A DNA stretch of 64,000 bases, from NCBI GenBank assembly GCA_016748015.1, contig JAAOMT010000239.1, positions 477,038 to 541,037 of the forward strand. Reading direction: 5' to 3'. The notes beneath the pieces were generated by a model that worked only from the letters and a program-made list of their open reading frames with translations, did not search any database and was not told where the DNA came from. The stretch comes from Geosiphon pyriformis uo1. Taxonomy: Eukaryota; Fungi; Glomeromycota. This document shows positions 11,901 through 24,420 of the stretch, piece after piece. The position numbers were made by a program, and so were the translations under genes. Position 1 is the first letter of the stretch, and the number at the start of each line of letters is the position of its first letter.

Positions 11901-14900
11901 ATACAAACTCCGATTTAAACTATGAACAATACATTGCACTACCAGATCTCTCCAAAAAACAAAAGTTGAAATGGTATAGTGACAATAGGAAAGGTATTAT
12001 GCCAGAATGTGCGGATGATACTGATACAGGGTTTGATCTGAGATATCCAGAAAAAGATGCCATCAAATTAGAACCGCATTTATGCATCTGCATTGATCTG
12101 AAAATAGCACTAGAAATTCCAGCAACAACAATGGTTCAATTAGCATCTAGGAGTAGTTTAGCAAAAAGAGAGATCAATATAAGAGGAGGAATAATTGACA
12201 CGGAATATGTAGAAAATATCATTACTATGCTACAAAATGACTCAGAAAAGGCCTATGTAATAGAGCCCAATGAAAAAATAGCACAGGCAATATTCCTGCC
12301 TCTGGTTAGAATAGCTCAGTTAGTATTAGTGGGAAAGAGGGAGAAATTAGGAATAATGGCAAGAGGAATACAGAAATTCAAATCCACAGGTAAAATAGAT
12401 GTACCAGTTAACATGGCAGAGAAAAAAACTGTTGGCCAAAGAGAAATTATCTTAACTGGTCAAGCTATTTCTATCCTATCATATAGCTAGTACATGTTAG
12501 TAATAGAAAGGAAGGAAAAGGAGCAAGAACAGATTTTTGAAGTGGAAGCAACTCTTTGTGAATCAGGAGAGATTGGGTTGATCAATCTCCACATACCACC
12601 CAAAAGCTATAGCAGCATAAAAATTCCCATCTACAATAACACTGGCAATGTCATCAACATACCAGAAGGAATCACCATCGGATATCTAACCGCAGAAATA
12701 GAAGACCAACCACCAAACTCCATTTCAGACTTTCCACAACTTTGTGGATATGTTGACATTACATCACAAACAATTTATGAACAAGACAAATGTTATTTGC
12801 TCCAACCAGAACAATTGGAACAAATGAACATGGGAAACTTAGATCCATTCTAATGTATGCAGCTCAAGATGTTACTCAACAATTTCAATGACATCTTTGC
12901 CAGCGAAAATGGGTTTGGTCGAACTGACATCATCCAGCATCAGATTAAGACTGGAGATACAATGCCAATTAAACAAAGAGCATACAGAGTACTGCCAGCC
13001 AGCCATGAGATTATTCGTCAAGAAATAAACAGAATGCTTGACAACGGGTTAATTCAACCATCAATGAGTCCATGGTTATCACCAGTGGTACTCGTCCAAA
13101 AGAAAAATAGAAAAATCCGGTTTTGTGTAGACTACAGGAAACTCAATAATGTAATTCATGGAGACAGTTATCCAACTCTACAAATACAGGAACTATTCGA
13201 TGCTTTCGGTGGGAACAAATGGTTCTCCACATTAAATTTGAACAGTAGTTACTGGCAAGTAGCCATGAATCCAGTTGACAAAGAGAAGACAGCATTTATT
13301 ACTAGAGAAGAGAATTTTGAATTTAAAGTGATGCCATTTGGCTTAACCAATGCTCCAGCAACTTTCCAATGGCTAATGGAAATTGTTTATACTGGCTTAT
13401 TGTGAAAATAAGTAGTTGTATACTTGGACAACACCAATGTATTCTCAAAGACATTTGATGATCATCTTCATCATCTTCAACAAGTGTTCAAAAGACTAAG
13501 AAGAGCAGGACTAAAGTTAAATGCAACAAAGTGCTTCTTTGGCAAGACAGAACTCAAATTTTTGGGACACATAGTCAGCAAAAACAGTATCAAAACGGAT
13601 CCAGAGAAAATAGAGATAGTAAAGAACTTTCCAGTGCTGACCAATATAACAGAACTGAAATCATTCTTGGGATTCACCAGTTACTATTGTCGTTTTATCA
13701 AGAACTTTTCCAAGATAGCACAGCCACTCAATCAATTGCAAAACAAAAATGCAAAATATGAATGGACAAAAAGTCAACAAGAAGCTTTTGATATTCTGAG
13801 GAAAAAGCTCATCCAAGCTCCAGTTCTGATCTATCAGATTACAGCAAACTATTCATCATCACCACTGATGCATCTGACCAAGCATTGAGAGCAGTATTAT
13901 TTTAAAGAGGACCAGACGGCAGAGAACATCCAGTAGCATATGCCAGCAGAGGTTTAACACCAGCTGAAAAGAACTATGGAACACCGGAACAAGAACACTT
14001 AGCAATATACTGAGCTGTTATGAAATGGAAAAAATACTTGAGCCAGAAGTTTGAAATATACACAAATCACAAGGGATTAACATCACTCCAAAAACAAAAA
14101 TTTGGAGATGGAAGACAGTCAAGATGGAAAATGGCACTCACACCATACAATTATACTATACATTACAAAAAGGGAAAAGACAATGGAAATGCTGACAGTT
14201 TATTGCGAATAAGACAAATCTAAAAACATTTCAACCCAAAAATATAATAAAACCAGAACAATACCAACGAAAAATACAACAAAAAAATAAACATACAAAA
14301 ATATCAACAATTACAACATTATCTAAACACTCAACAGTTCAAGGAGAATTTATCTCATATGGAACGAAGGAGTATCAAACAACAATCAAAATATTTTATC
14401 ACTCACCAAAATATACTTTATTGGAAAAATAGAAGGGATCCAGATCAACCAATCAGAGTAATTACAGAGCCAGAAAAAGAGACAATATTATTTAACATGC
14501 ACTCAAATCCAACAGCAGGACATTTTCACAAAGAAGCAACCATGGAGAGAACTAGAAAAAGATACTATTGGCCATCAATGTACCCAGACATTATTCAATA
14601 TGTTTAAAATTGTGATGCTTGTCAGCAAAGAGGAGGAACAAGACCCAGTGAACCATTAAGACCAATCAAAGTGGGACAATCATTTGACCGTATGGAGATT
14701 GATTTAGTAAGACCATTAACAATTACCAGCAAAGAAAACAGATACATAGCAGTAGCTATGGACTATCTCACTAAATGGCCAGAGGCGAAAGCAATTCAAA
14801 GAGCAGATGCAGAATCCGTTGCCAAATTCATTCATTAGGATTTGATTTGTTGACATGGATGTTCAAAAGAATTATTATCAGACCAAGGAACTCATTTTGT

Positions 14901-16353
14901 GAACAGAACATTAACAGAATTGAGCCAAAGATTCAGAATCAAGAGACTATTATTATTACCATACCATCCACAAACCAATGGATTAGTAGAAAGATTCAAC
15001 AAAACATTGTGTGAAGCAATAGCCAAGCTCAGCCAAGAAAACCAGAATGATTGGGATTTGTTCATACCATTAGTACTATTTGCTTATTGGACAACAAAGC
15101 AAGATACTACACAAGCAACACCATTTGAATTAGTATATAAGAAAATAGCAACGTTACCAGTAGAGAGAGAAATTAATACATATCCAGCTGAACCAATAAC
15201 AGAGGAAAATTTTCAAGAAACATTGCTGAAAAGAACATATGACTTAATAGAAACATTGGAAAACAAATAAAAAAGAGCAGCTGATAATATTCAAAAGTCA
15301 CAAGAAACACAGAAAGAAAGACATGATAATCAACTACCAGACAAACCAGCTAAATTCAAGATCGGAGACAAAGTATTACTACATCATACCAAAGTGGAAA
15401 AACAATGGAGTGGAAAATTTGACCCCAAATGGGACGGACCATTTCACATAGAAGAAATTCTAGGAAATGGAGCTTACAAATTAAGATTGAATAACAAAAT
15501 TTTAACCAAAGCAGCACATGGAGATTGACTGAAACTATATCACAACATCACACTACCATCTACCAGTAATATTCTACAATTAAAAGTACAGAGAATACTA
15601 GTTCAACCAGATAAAATTCCACGAGATCAGGAACCAATCATTATTATCAACAACAACACGTTAAATTGATCCATCAAAAGAATATATAAAGATATGGTAA
15701 ATGTAACAGGAAATATCAGAAAAATGAAAATTACAGACAACATTCACTCACTAGCACAACAACTCTTTCAATTAATCCAACACCAGGAAATGGAGATTAC
15801 AATCAATCAACAAACCATTTAATATCAAGATACTAGAAAAACATTTCAACTCAGAACACAGAAGAAAACTGAAAATACTGTGGACAAAATCATGGCAAAA
15901 GTAAAATTAGCAATAAAAGAATTGACAAAGAAGTCACTATATCAAGAGTTGACTAAAGAAACTTGGAATTAGTGGATACAACAATTTCCACAAAATTATT
16001 GTTATTTTTACTTGAGACAACACATAAATATCCAGAATCTATATATAGATAAAACAAAGCAATTATTCAACAAAAGAATACTACAACAATTAGAACATTT
16101 TGTGGGAAAGAACAACTTATCTACATAAGCCTAAGCCATATATTGAATACACACAGCATTTCAAAATAAACCAGAAATATTGCTCAATAAAGCAATGAAT
16201 AGGGTTACCAGTAATCAATTGGGAAAAATCATCAATGCTCAATTTGAAGAATTACAGACCCAAATAACACAAGTAATTCTTGAAAACGAAATCCAAGAAA
16301 TACTTCAAGAGGGGGAATTACATGAGTTAGATTTTGATGGAGCTCAATATTAA
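8901..16353 (+). pseudogene. gag-pol pseudogene of copy B (gag, PR, Cys-rich insert, dUTPase, RT, RNase H, IN, C-terminal extension)
   Basis: Fragments at 9164, 10031, 11741, 12494, 12857 and 13424 share one frame. After a 1-bp deletion near 13835, fragments 14020, 14359 and 14899 share one frame that ends at TAA 16351-16353. Confidence 0.92.
12001..12392 (+). pseudogene. dUTPase domain within pol of copy B
   Basis: TGFDL, SRSSLA, GGIIDTEY, KIAQ, RGIQKFKSTG (eroded motifs). Confidence 0.88.
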
Positions 16354-16366
16354 AAGGAGGGAATAA
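16352..16366 (+). other. Polypurine tract
   Basis: AAAAGGAGGGAATAA immediately precedes the TG of the 3' LTR. Confidence 0.85.
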
Positions 16367-17252
16367 TGTTACTCATAGAAATATAAGAAATATATTAGCA
16401 TAATTATTAGCCAATCAGAAATAAGCGTAGTAAATGTGGAATTCCAGGATTTCTCTTAGGAATTGCAGGATTCCAGGAATTTCAGGATTTCCAATGAAGA
16501 ATTGCAGGATTCCAGAATTCCAGAATTTCTCTCAAAGGAATCGCAGAATTCCAGGAATTCCAGGATTCCTATCGTGAAGAATCAAGGAATTGAGAAATTC
16601 CAATTATGTATATATAGCAGTAGTGTTAGAAACAGAAAAGACAGAATCGATACCACAGAATCCTTAGCCTAGAAATGCAATCATCAAATAAATAATTATT
16701 TTATATCTCCATTCACTTTTCCACTATCAACCCTTCATGTTGATAGTAATTGATACTTGACCATGCTGGAACAATAGCTCTTGATCACGGCTATTGACGG
16801 AATACTAATCTGCAAATTGCCTTGGCTTATTTCTTTGCTTTTTTTATTTTTTTTTATTTTTTTTTTTCTTTATTTTATTTTGATTTGTTGTTATATACTA
16901 ATTAATAAACAATTAAGCGCTGAGTTATTGACGTCAAGGATAGTCTGGTAAAAGACCCAGAAATACAGGTAGGATTTTTATATATTATTGGATAGCTTAC
17001 CAGAAGGGCACAACTGCCAGACTAAATCCGGCCACCACACTGAGAAAGAAATTGGAAAAACTCTTGAAAAATATCTCTACTATTGACACTATTGAATCTC
17101 TGTCCATTATACAAAAAACTCAACCAAAACTTTCAGATCCATCAAAACCTTCAGATACAGCACCTGTAGAACAGCCTCAACAGAAGTAGCTTTTGAGCAC
17201 CAAGTTACGGGTTTGTTATTTAATTCAACAGCAGAAATAATTACCTGTAACA
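16367..17252 (+). repeat. 3' LTR of copy B (886 bp)
   Basis: TGTTACTCAT...CCTGTAACA. CCAAT box near 16411, GGATTCCAGGAATT-type repeat array 16438-16600, TATA-like TATATATAG near 16609. Confidence 0.95.
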
Positions 17253-20200
17253 ACAATAAATCAAAACCATTCTTTGATTACAAGGCCACTGTTGGCTCTG
17301 TTATTGCTGTTATGAAGAAGACTATTAAAGTTTCTGGTTTTGAGGGTGGTTTCAAGGCAGTTGTATCAAGGAAGAAAAGGAAGGGAGGTGTATTGGCAGA
17401 GGGTATTGATAATAGAGAGGTTGCTGCTAAAGCTCCTAGTGCTCGTTCATGAGGTTCTGTAACAGGTGACACTACTGAGTCTGAGAGTATTGACATGGAG
17501 GAGGAGTGTTTGGTTGAAGAAACCAGTGTTGACTATAGTGAAAATGGTGCTTTTGCAGAAGGGAATCCTAATCAAATGCCAAAGGGTTTGTGTGTAAAGA
17601 CCAAAAAGATGTTAGGGAAGCCTCTGAGTGTGATTGATTATGGTACTGTCAATACAGATAGTAACGTGTTAGACAATTTCTTTCTTCTCCTGCCCCTTCT
17701 ACATATCAAACTGTCCGTTCAAGTGCCTGTTTGCAAATTCTTTGCTTTAGATATTAATCTTGTGGCCATCACTGGGAAGTTTTTTCAGGAAAAATTGAGT
17801 TTTATCAGGAAAATTTTCTCAAATGTAAATGGTTTTGGGGGGGCTTCTACTCCTTCAAAATTTGGTGGAATTATTCATGTGACTTTCACTTCAGAAAAGG
17901 CAATGATAGCTGTTAGAAAGTTGGCAAATAATCATAGTGTTGTGGTAAACACCGATCTCAGACGTCCTGTAAACAACCATACGAATTGGGCAATTGTGAT
18001 GAAAAAAATTCCTGTGGGAACTTCCGTGGAGGCTGTGCACACTGCCATGTCCGAGTTTGGATTGATTAAGTTGATCAAGATGCAACTAATGGGTCTGTGG
18101 CAAAAAGTAATTGTCAAATTAGAAGATCAGAATCAGGCTGATCTCTTGGCATCCAAATGGTTTATCTTTATTGGAAAGGATGTAGTACGTGTGGCCAGGG
18201 CCAATGTTGACAAACAGACATGGGATTCCAGAGATGAATTCAGAGTGCTGCTATACACTCTTTCTGTAGGGACAAATGCTCATAACCTTTGGGATTTTGT
18301 TGGTTTGGTTGGTGGGAAAACATATGTTATCAATCATAATCCAGTTAGTTACACCTATGCTTGCTGTGCCACTGTTTGCTTTGGATCTGAATCTGATCTG
18401 GTTAGTGCGATGGCTGCAACCCCAGTTATAAAAAGGATTGGCCTTCACTGGTCTTGCCTCTTTTTGGCACTGTGCTCAGTCTGCAAGCTTTCTGGTCATA
18501 TATCTCTCAGTTGTGTTTTAGTTAAGATTGGTTCAATCCTAAGGGGCAAAAAGGCACCTCTTTCTGCTTAGGATCAGGTCAGATTGGCGACTATCTACAC
18601 TCAAAAGTTTGTGCCCATTTCTTATCCATTGGCCTTTAATGATAAGATTTGGGCATCAGTTGTTGGTGCTCTTCTGGTGCACAGTTCTCATGGTGCTGGT
18701 TCACTTTTTGGTTCTAACAATGTTGGTAAACCTCTCCCTTCTGTTACAGATAATTTGAAAAAGCATTTGGTAAATATTGAGAGCGGTTTCATCAGCCTTA
18801 CAAAACAAATTGGTGAGTTGGCTAAAAGGTTGGATTCACTTGTGCTGACAGTTTTCCAGCCTAGTCTTGGATGTCAGCTGCTGGTAACCCCCCCCATCAC
18901 AGAATCAAGGAGAGGATATAGTGATGGAAGTGAGCTTGAATAAGACCATCAGTAATGAGACTGCTACTGCTACTGCTATAGTGGAGGACTCGTCTGCATC
19001 TCCCCATGTTGCCAAGTTAGAGAATATGTTGGAAGGCCTTGCTGCTTCAGTGCTGAGTTTGTCTGCTCATTTTGATGAGTTGGTTCTGGCTGGTGGTGTG
19101 ATTTCACAACCTCCTTCCCAATGAGTAGTCTTATTTGGAAAATTGCTACTTGTAACATTAGGGGTATGAATGTTCCTGCTAAACAGGATAATATTGTTTG
19201 ATGGCATAGAGATATGGACAATTTGGTTTTGATTTTCATAGAGACTAAGTTGAAGAATAAGGTTTGTCCATGGATGGCTACCAAATTTGGTGGTGTTTGA
19301 GTTTTTTCTTCTGGTTTGAACTCTGGTTATGTGGACACTGGTGTGGCAATTGTCATGAACAACTCTTTGGCTAAACATGTTTATAAAGTTTCTGAAGTTC
19401 CAGGTTGTCTTCTTTGCATCAGATTACTTTTCAAAAATAAACTTTTGGTTTCGATTTTGGGGCTCTATGCTGGTGTCTTTCTGACTGTTCAATTTTCTCA
19501 GGCTGTTGAGATAAATTCTCTGATTGCAAAGGCTGTGAATGAATTTTCTTTTGTTATCCTTGGTGGTGATTTTAATGAGGATGGATCTCATAGATGTGCT
19601 AGTTTCAAGAAATGTTTTGATCTGAGTTTAGTGAATTCTCTGGGTGGAAGTTCTTTTGTGAAAACACTCACATAGTGTAACTCTCATAATGTTGAAAAAA
19701 CAATTGATTTTGTTTTCGTATCTTCAAATTTGGTTAACGTGGTAGTGGATTACAGTGTGACTGATGTCTTGGAGCACTTTAATACTGATCACAAAGCTGT
19801 TATTGTTTCTGTGGGGCTGGGGGGTTTTTTGGATATACAACTTTCTTCACTCCACAAACAGGCAAACAAGGACCATTGGAAGTTTGATGTCAAAGATGCC
19901 GATAATTTGAAATAGTGTGAGTTTAAGGCTGCCTCGGCTACCAATGCTACTATGCTTTTGGATGCTTTTGTTGTGGCTCAAAAGTTTTTGGATTTGGATG
20001 GATTGTGGGACATTATTCGCAAAACTATGATTTTCTCAGCCGATGTGTCTTTCAAAAAAAAATGGTTTAAGGGTTATGATAGTGTTTTTACTAAAGTGTC
20101 TTCTCGGTTCTACAAGTTAAAATTGTTGGTATTCAAGCTAGTAAAAGCTTCTCATTTAGCTTCCTGTGAGAATTTTGAGTTGCTGTTGGAAACATGAGAT

Positions 20201-23200
20201 AAACTTGATTCTGTGGGTACATCGAAGGTGAAGTCCTTGTTTCTCTCAGGTTCTAGTTTTGATGTTGTTCATTCTGCTTTGGCCAAGATGAGAAAATCTT
20301 ACCACTCATTCAAGTTGCTGGAATCCCAGTGGGCTGAGGAATCATGTATCAAGCAAGCTATTGACAGTAGAATGGAAAGTTTTGAGTTGGATAAGAGTTG
20401 TACTATTGGAAGTGTATTAAAGCATCCTTTTCGCAAAGTGGTGTTAGATCATTTGATTGTGGATGATGAGCTGATCTTGGAGCCTGAGTTGGTTAAATCT
20501 AAGGTGAATGAGATAATAGAAGGATGGACTCGGAAGTGTGGAGTGGTGTCTGACTTTTCGGATAATTGGAATCATCAATATAAGCCCTTGGATTATGTTT
20601 TTGATGGCACTTTTTCTGATGTTATGTGTGTGATTGGTTTTGATGAAATGTTGGCTGTTGTCTCAAATCTGCCTAATGGAAAAGCAGCTGGTCTCTCTGG
20701 TATCTCTAACAAATTGTGGAAGCACTGTGACAAGTCAGTTTTGAATATGCTTTTGGTGCTCTTGAATTGTTGCTTGGTTTGTGAGTCTGTTTTTGGTCCT
20801 TGGAGGGAGGCCTGGGTCTTGATGATTCCTAAACCGTATAAGTGGAAAAGTGTTCTTACAAACACCCATCCCATTGCATTGATAGAAACAGTCCGCAAAA
20901 TTCTTTTCAAGATTCTCTCAGACAGGATTTCTTTAGCTTGCAGCAAGTTTAATGTTCTTTGTGGTGATAACTTCTCTGTTTTGAAAGGTACGATGATGCA
21001 GTCTCCCATTTTTGCCATTGGTTCTGTGGTTGAGAATGCTTTGAAAAAGAACCAGAAGCTGTGGCTGGTTTTATAGAATATGTGTAAGGCCTATAATTCT
21101 GTTGGTTGGGTACATCTCAGAAGGAGTTTAGTTAGAATCAAAATGTGTGACAGATTCATTAGATTTTTTGGTGGAATTTACAATAGTTGTATCAACAGGG
21201 TGATGACTGACTTTGGTTTGACTAATAGATATCATGTTCATGATGATTTGGATCAGGAAGAGGTTTTCTCACCTCTTCTATGGCGCATTTTCTATGATCT
21301 ACTTTTGTGCAAGATCAAGCAACAAAAAAGTGTTTATGGATACAGGTTAAATTCTCATTTTATTTCTAAAACTGGCTGGGCTGAATCTCATGCTAGGTTG
21401 ACTTTGTTTTTTGCAGCAGGTGCTTTTGTTGATGATATCATATGGGTTGGTAGTAGCCAGGCTGCTACATAGCACATACTCGATATAGCTAGTGAGTTCT
21501 TTGAATTTAATAACATTTTTATTAACAATAATAAAACTGTAGCCATTCCCATTAACTGTTGGGTTGAGTCTCCATATCTAACTGTCAGTGGTTTGCCAAT
21601 TTCTATTGCCAAGAAGGGGGAATTTCACTGTTATCTGGGCATTTTTTTGTCGTCTGAGAGTTTGTCGAAGCTTAGTTTGGCTAAGATTCATTTGGACATT
21701 CAGTTTTTTGTTAATCTTGTCATGAGAAAAGCAATTTCAGATAAGTAGTTTGTGTATTTAGTGTCTGCAGTTCTTTTTTCAATTGTTGGCTACAGAATTC
21801 AGTTCAGCTATATTCTTCTTAGTGTGTGTAATAAGTGGAATGCTCTAATTTAAAAGGATCTGAAATCTAAATCTGGCCTTCCACACAACTTTCCGAGTGA
21901 TGCAATCCATCATCTTTCTTTGTATGGTTTAAAATCTTTTGAGCAGATCCAGGCTGAAAGCAAATCTACTTCTGTGGTTTCCTTTGCTAATTCAGTTAGA
22001 ATCTTAGGTCGGTTGTTTTCTCATAGGTCTCATGATCTTTAGGTTTTCAGTTGGTGTTCTCATCATTCTTTGGTGTTCCCGACTCATATTGGCATCACCC
22101 CTTCAAATAGTTTTTTGGCAGGTGTGGTCCGTATTTTTTCTGGGTGTGATTTGTCTTTGGGCAATTCTCCGTCCTATGCCTTTTGTCATCGGGAAGGCAC
22201 CCCTATGTCTCTCATTCTCGGCAAGCCAAATTTTCTCAAATGTGTCTCCTCGCTCAAGTGTTATGGTATCACGTTTGTGAAACAGCTATGTGATCAAAAT
22301 GATGTTGTTTTTGGTTGGAAAGCTTTCAAGCATTGAAAAAGACTGGATTCCCATGGATCTGTTCTTTTATGGTTTGATCTTTCTGTTTATTTTCTCAGTA
22401 GTGCTGTGTCTTCTTCTGTTGACTCTTCACTTGGGAAAAGTTGTGCCTTATTTGATGTTTATCAATCTCACGGTTTTGGTATTGTTTGTGACAATCTGTT
22501 GGATGTTGACACGGCTTGCCTTTCTGTATATATGGACAGGTTTCTGAGTGGTTTGAGAACTCGTGATATGAAGGTTAGTGCTGCTGTTTTTTTTGAGGAT
22601 GTTAATTCAGGTTTGGGTGTGAGCATGTCTGGTCTGGTTTCTTCTATGATGGTGGAGTTGCAGGCCATCTCCTTGGCTCTTGAGTGTGTTTCCTCTTTTT
22701 GTTCAGTTAACTTGTTCTTGAACAGCCAGGCTGCTTTGGATGCTTGTAAGTCTGAGTCTCTGCTGGTTTGTCCGGATTTCAGAAATCAGTGTTGAATTGA
22801 ATGTTGTCACATTGCTAACATTATTCATCAAAAAAATTTGGATGTGAATTGGATCAAAGTTAAAGGCTATTTGGGTATCTTAGGCAATGTGCAGACTAAT
22901 GCACTTGCTAAGAATGCTGCCTTTTCTTCTTTGCAGCTGCCCCATATAGTCAGTGAATGTTTTCTGAAGGCTGGTGGTACTGCAATATCTGGTAATTTAA
23001 GACATTTTGTCCATGGTGTTTTCCAGTCTGTTCATCGAGCATGTTGGGAGGTTGGCTCTGGTTCTGGAGTTGTGGTAGATAGTTTGCGGAGTGAGATTGA
23101 TTGATTCAAGTCTTCTTTGGTGTGGCACCTGAATTCTCACATGGTTGCTGGTTTTACTAGTGTGTAGATGGCCAGCTTTAAGACATATTTTATGAAGGCC

Positions 23201-23950
23201 CTACACTGTCATTTTTCTGTTGCTGTGCATAAACACCTGTATGATAAGTGTTATCCTAGTGTGGTTTGTTTGTTCTGTGGTGATATTGAGATTTTGGACC
23301 ATGTCTTTTCCTGTTTTTTTGATGCTGCTGGTCATGCTCAATTGATGGACATTCATGCAGATGCCTGGGCAGTGTGTTCTGGTTTGTTTCATTCTTCTTT
23401 GTGTGTTTCTCGGTTGTTGTTAACTTGCATCTCTGATGTGGTAATTGGTGTGGCTCTGTGTAAGGGCTTTGTTTTCAATGATTTGTATCGTGAGTTTGTT
23501 TCTGTTTACAAAGATCCTAAGATAGTGGTTTTTAATATTGTGGATTTTGTTTGCAAGTTTTGTTTTGCATTCCATGATGATATCTGGCTGGTCTGTACAA
23601 GACACTGAGCCATTATGAAGAAGAATAAGCTGATTCCACATAATGGTTCTGTTTCTGTCTCCGTTTTCGGTTTTGTTTTCTGGCTTTTGGCTGGTATGAT
23701 TAGGTTGTTAGGTATTGCTGATGCACTCAGTATTAGTTTTGGGTTTCGCAAGTCTTGTTTATTTTTTGCAGGTATAAATGACATGGTTTCTGTTGGTATA
23801 AGTGCATAGTGTTGTTTTGACTGATTTGAGTGGCTGGTCACATGTAGGAAAAGCATGATTTGCACCTAATTTAAATCATTTAAATAATATATAGTTCTAG
23901 ATAGCGTTTGGACTTTACTCATTAAAAAAAAAATAATAATAATAATAATA
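17253..23950 (+). mobile_element. LINE (non-LTR retrotransposon) copy 1, with its 5' tip displaced by the gypsy insertion
   Basis: ORF1 about 17312-19124. ORF2 19121-23809 has APE (TCNIRG, ETKL, GGDFN, TDH), RT (KAYNSVGW, FSPLLW, AFVDD), RNase H (ELQAI, WIKVKG..GN) and a C-terminal CLFCG..E...H..C. Ends in an A/(TAA)n tail. Many stops. Confidence 0.94.
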
Positions 23951-24010
23951 CTTAAAAACCATAATATTATTAAGTAATATTAGTTTAAATAGTAAAATTA
24001 AAATAAAGGT

Positions 24011-24420
24011 ATAATATAGTTTTAATTAGTTTAAGTAATTAATTATATATAATAAATACAAAAGTTATGTTTAATTATAGATATTTAGTTTGTTTATATA
24101 TATTAAATAATAATTAAATCATATTTATTAAATATTTAAAAAAAATTAAAATTTTGTTAAAATAATAGTTCTTTAAAAACTTTAATTTTTAATATTAAGT
24201 TTAATAAAAATAAAATTACTGTATAATTAACTAGTTTAATTTTTGGTAATAATAATTTGGCTGTTATAATACAAAAAATAACTGTATTAAATAAGTTTAC
24301 TTTGGTAAATTTATTATAATTTGGTTTTAATTAGTTTAAATAACTGGTTATATATAAAAAGTATATAAATTATAACTATTATAAAATATTATGCTTTTAT
24401 ATTATATTAAAATATAATAA
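24011..24420 (+). repeat. Two AT-eroded ghost copies of the LINE 3' tail
   Basis: TTTTAATTAGTTTAAATAACTGGTTATATATAAAAAGTATAT (about 24325) and a similar string at about 24020 match the tail TTCTGACTGGCTTGAGTGGCTGGTCACATGTAGAAAGTACAT after C>T and G>A changes. Confidence 0.65.

Larger units (their letters stand above)
8901..17252 (+). mobile_element. Ty3/gypsy LTR retrotransposon copy B (same family; interrupted in gag by copy A)
   Basis: Begins mid-gag immediately after the LTR of A. Co-linear reverse complement of 7036-1 (paired positions sum to about 15936). Ends with PPT and 3' LTR. Confidence 0.96.

Noticed and set aside
13826-13845. Programmed ribosomal frameshift in pol
   Set aside because: No slippery heptamer, and the position is between RT and RNase H. 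It is better explained as a 1-bp deletion in the expected IYPDY motif.
15541-16353. env gene
   Set aside because: It is in frame with integrase and shows no signal peptide or transmembrane segment.
17253-23809. Alternative genetic code (TGA or TAG read as Trp/Gln) explaining the broken ORFs
   Set aside because: All three stop types occur, their positions differ between LINE copies, they fit C>T/G>A transitions, and host genes use the standard code.
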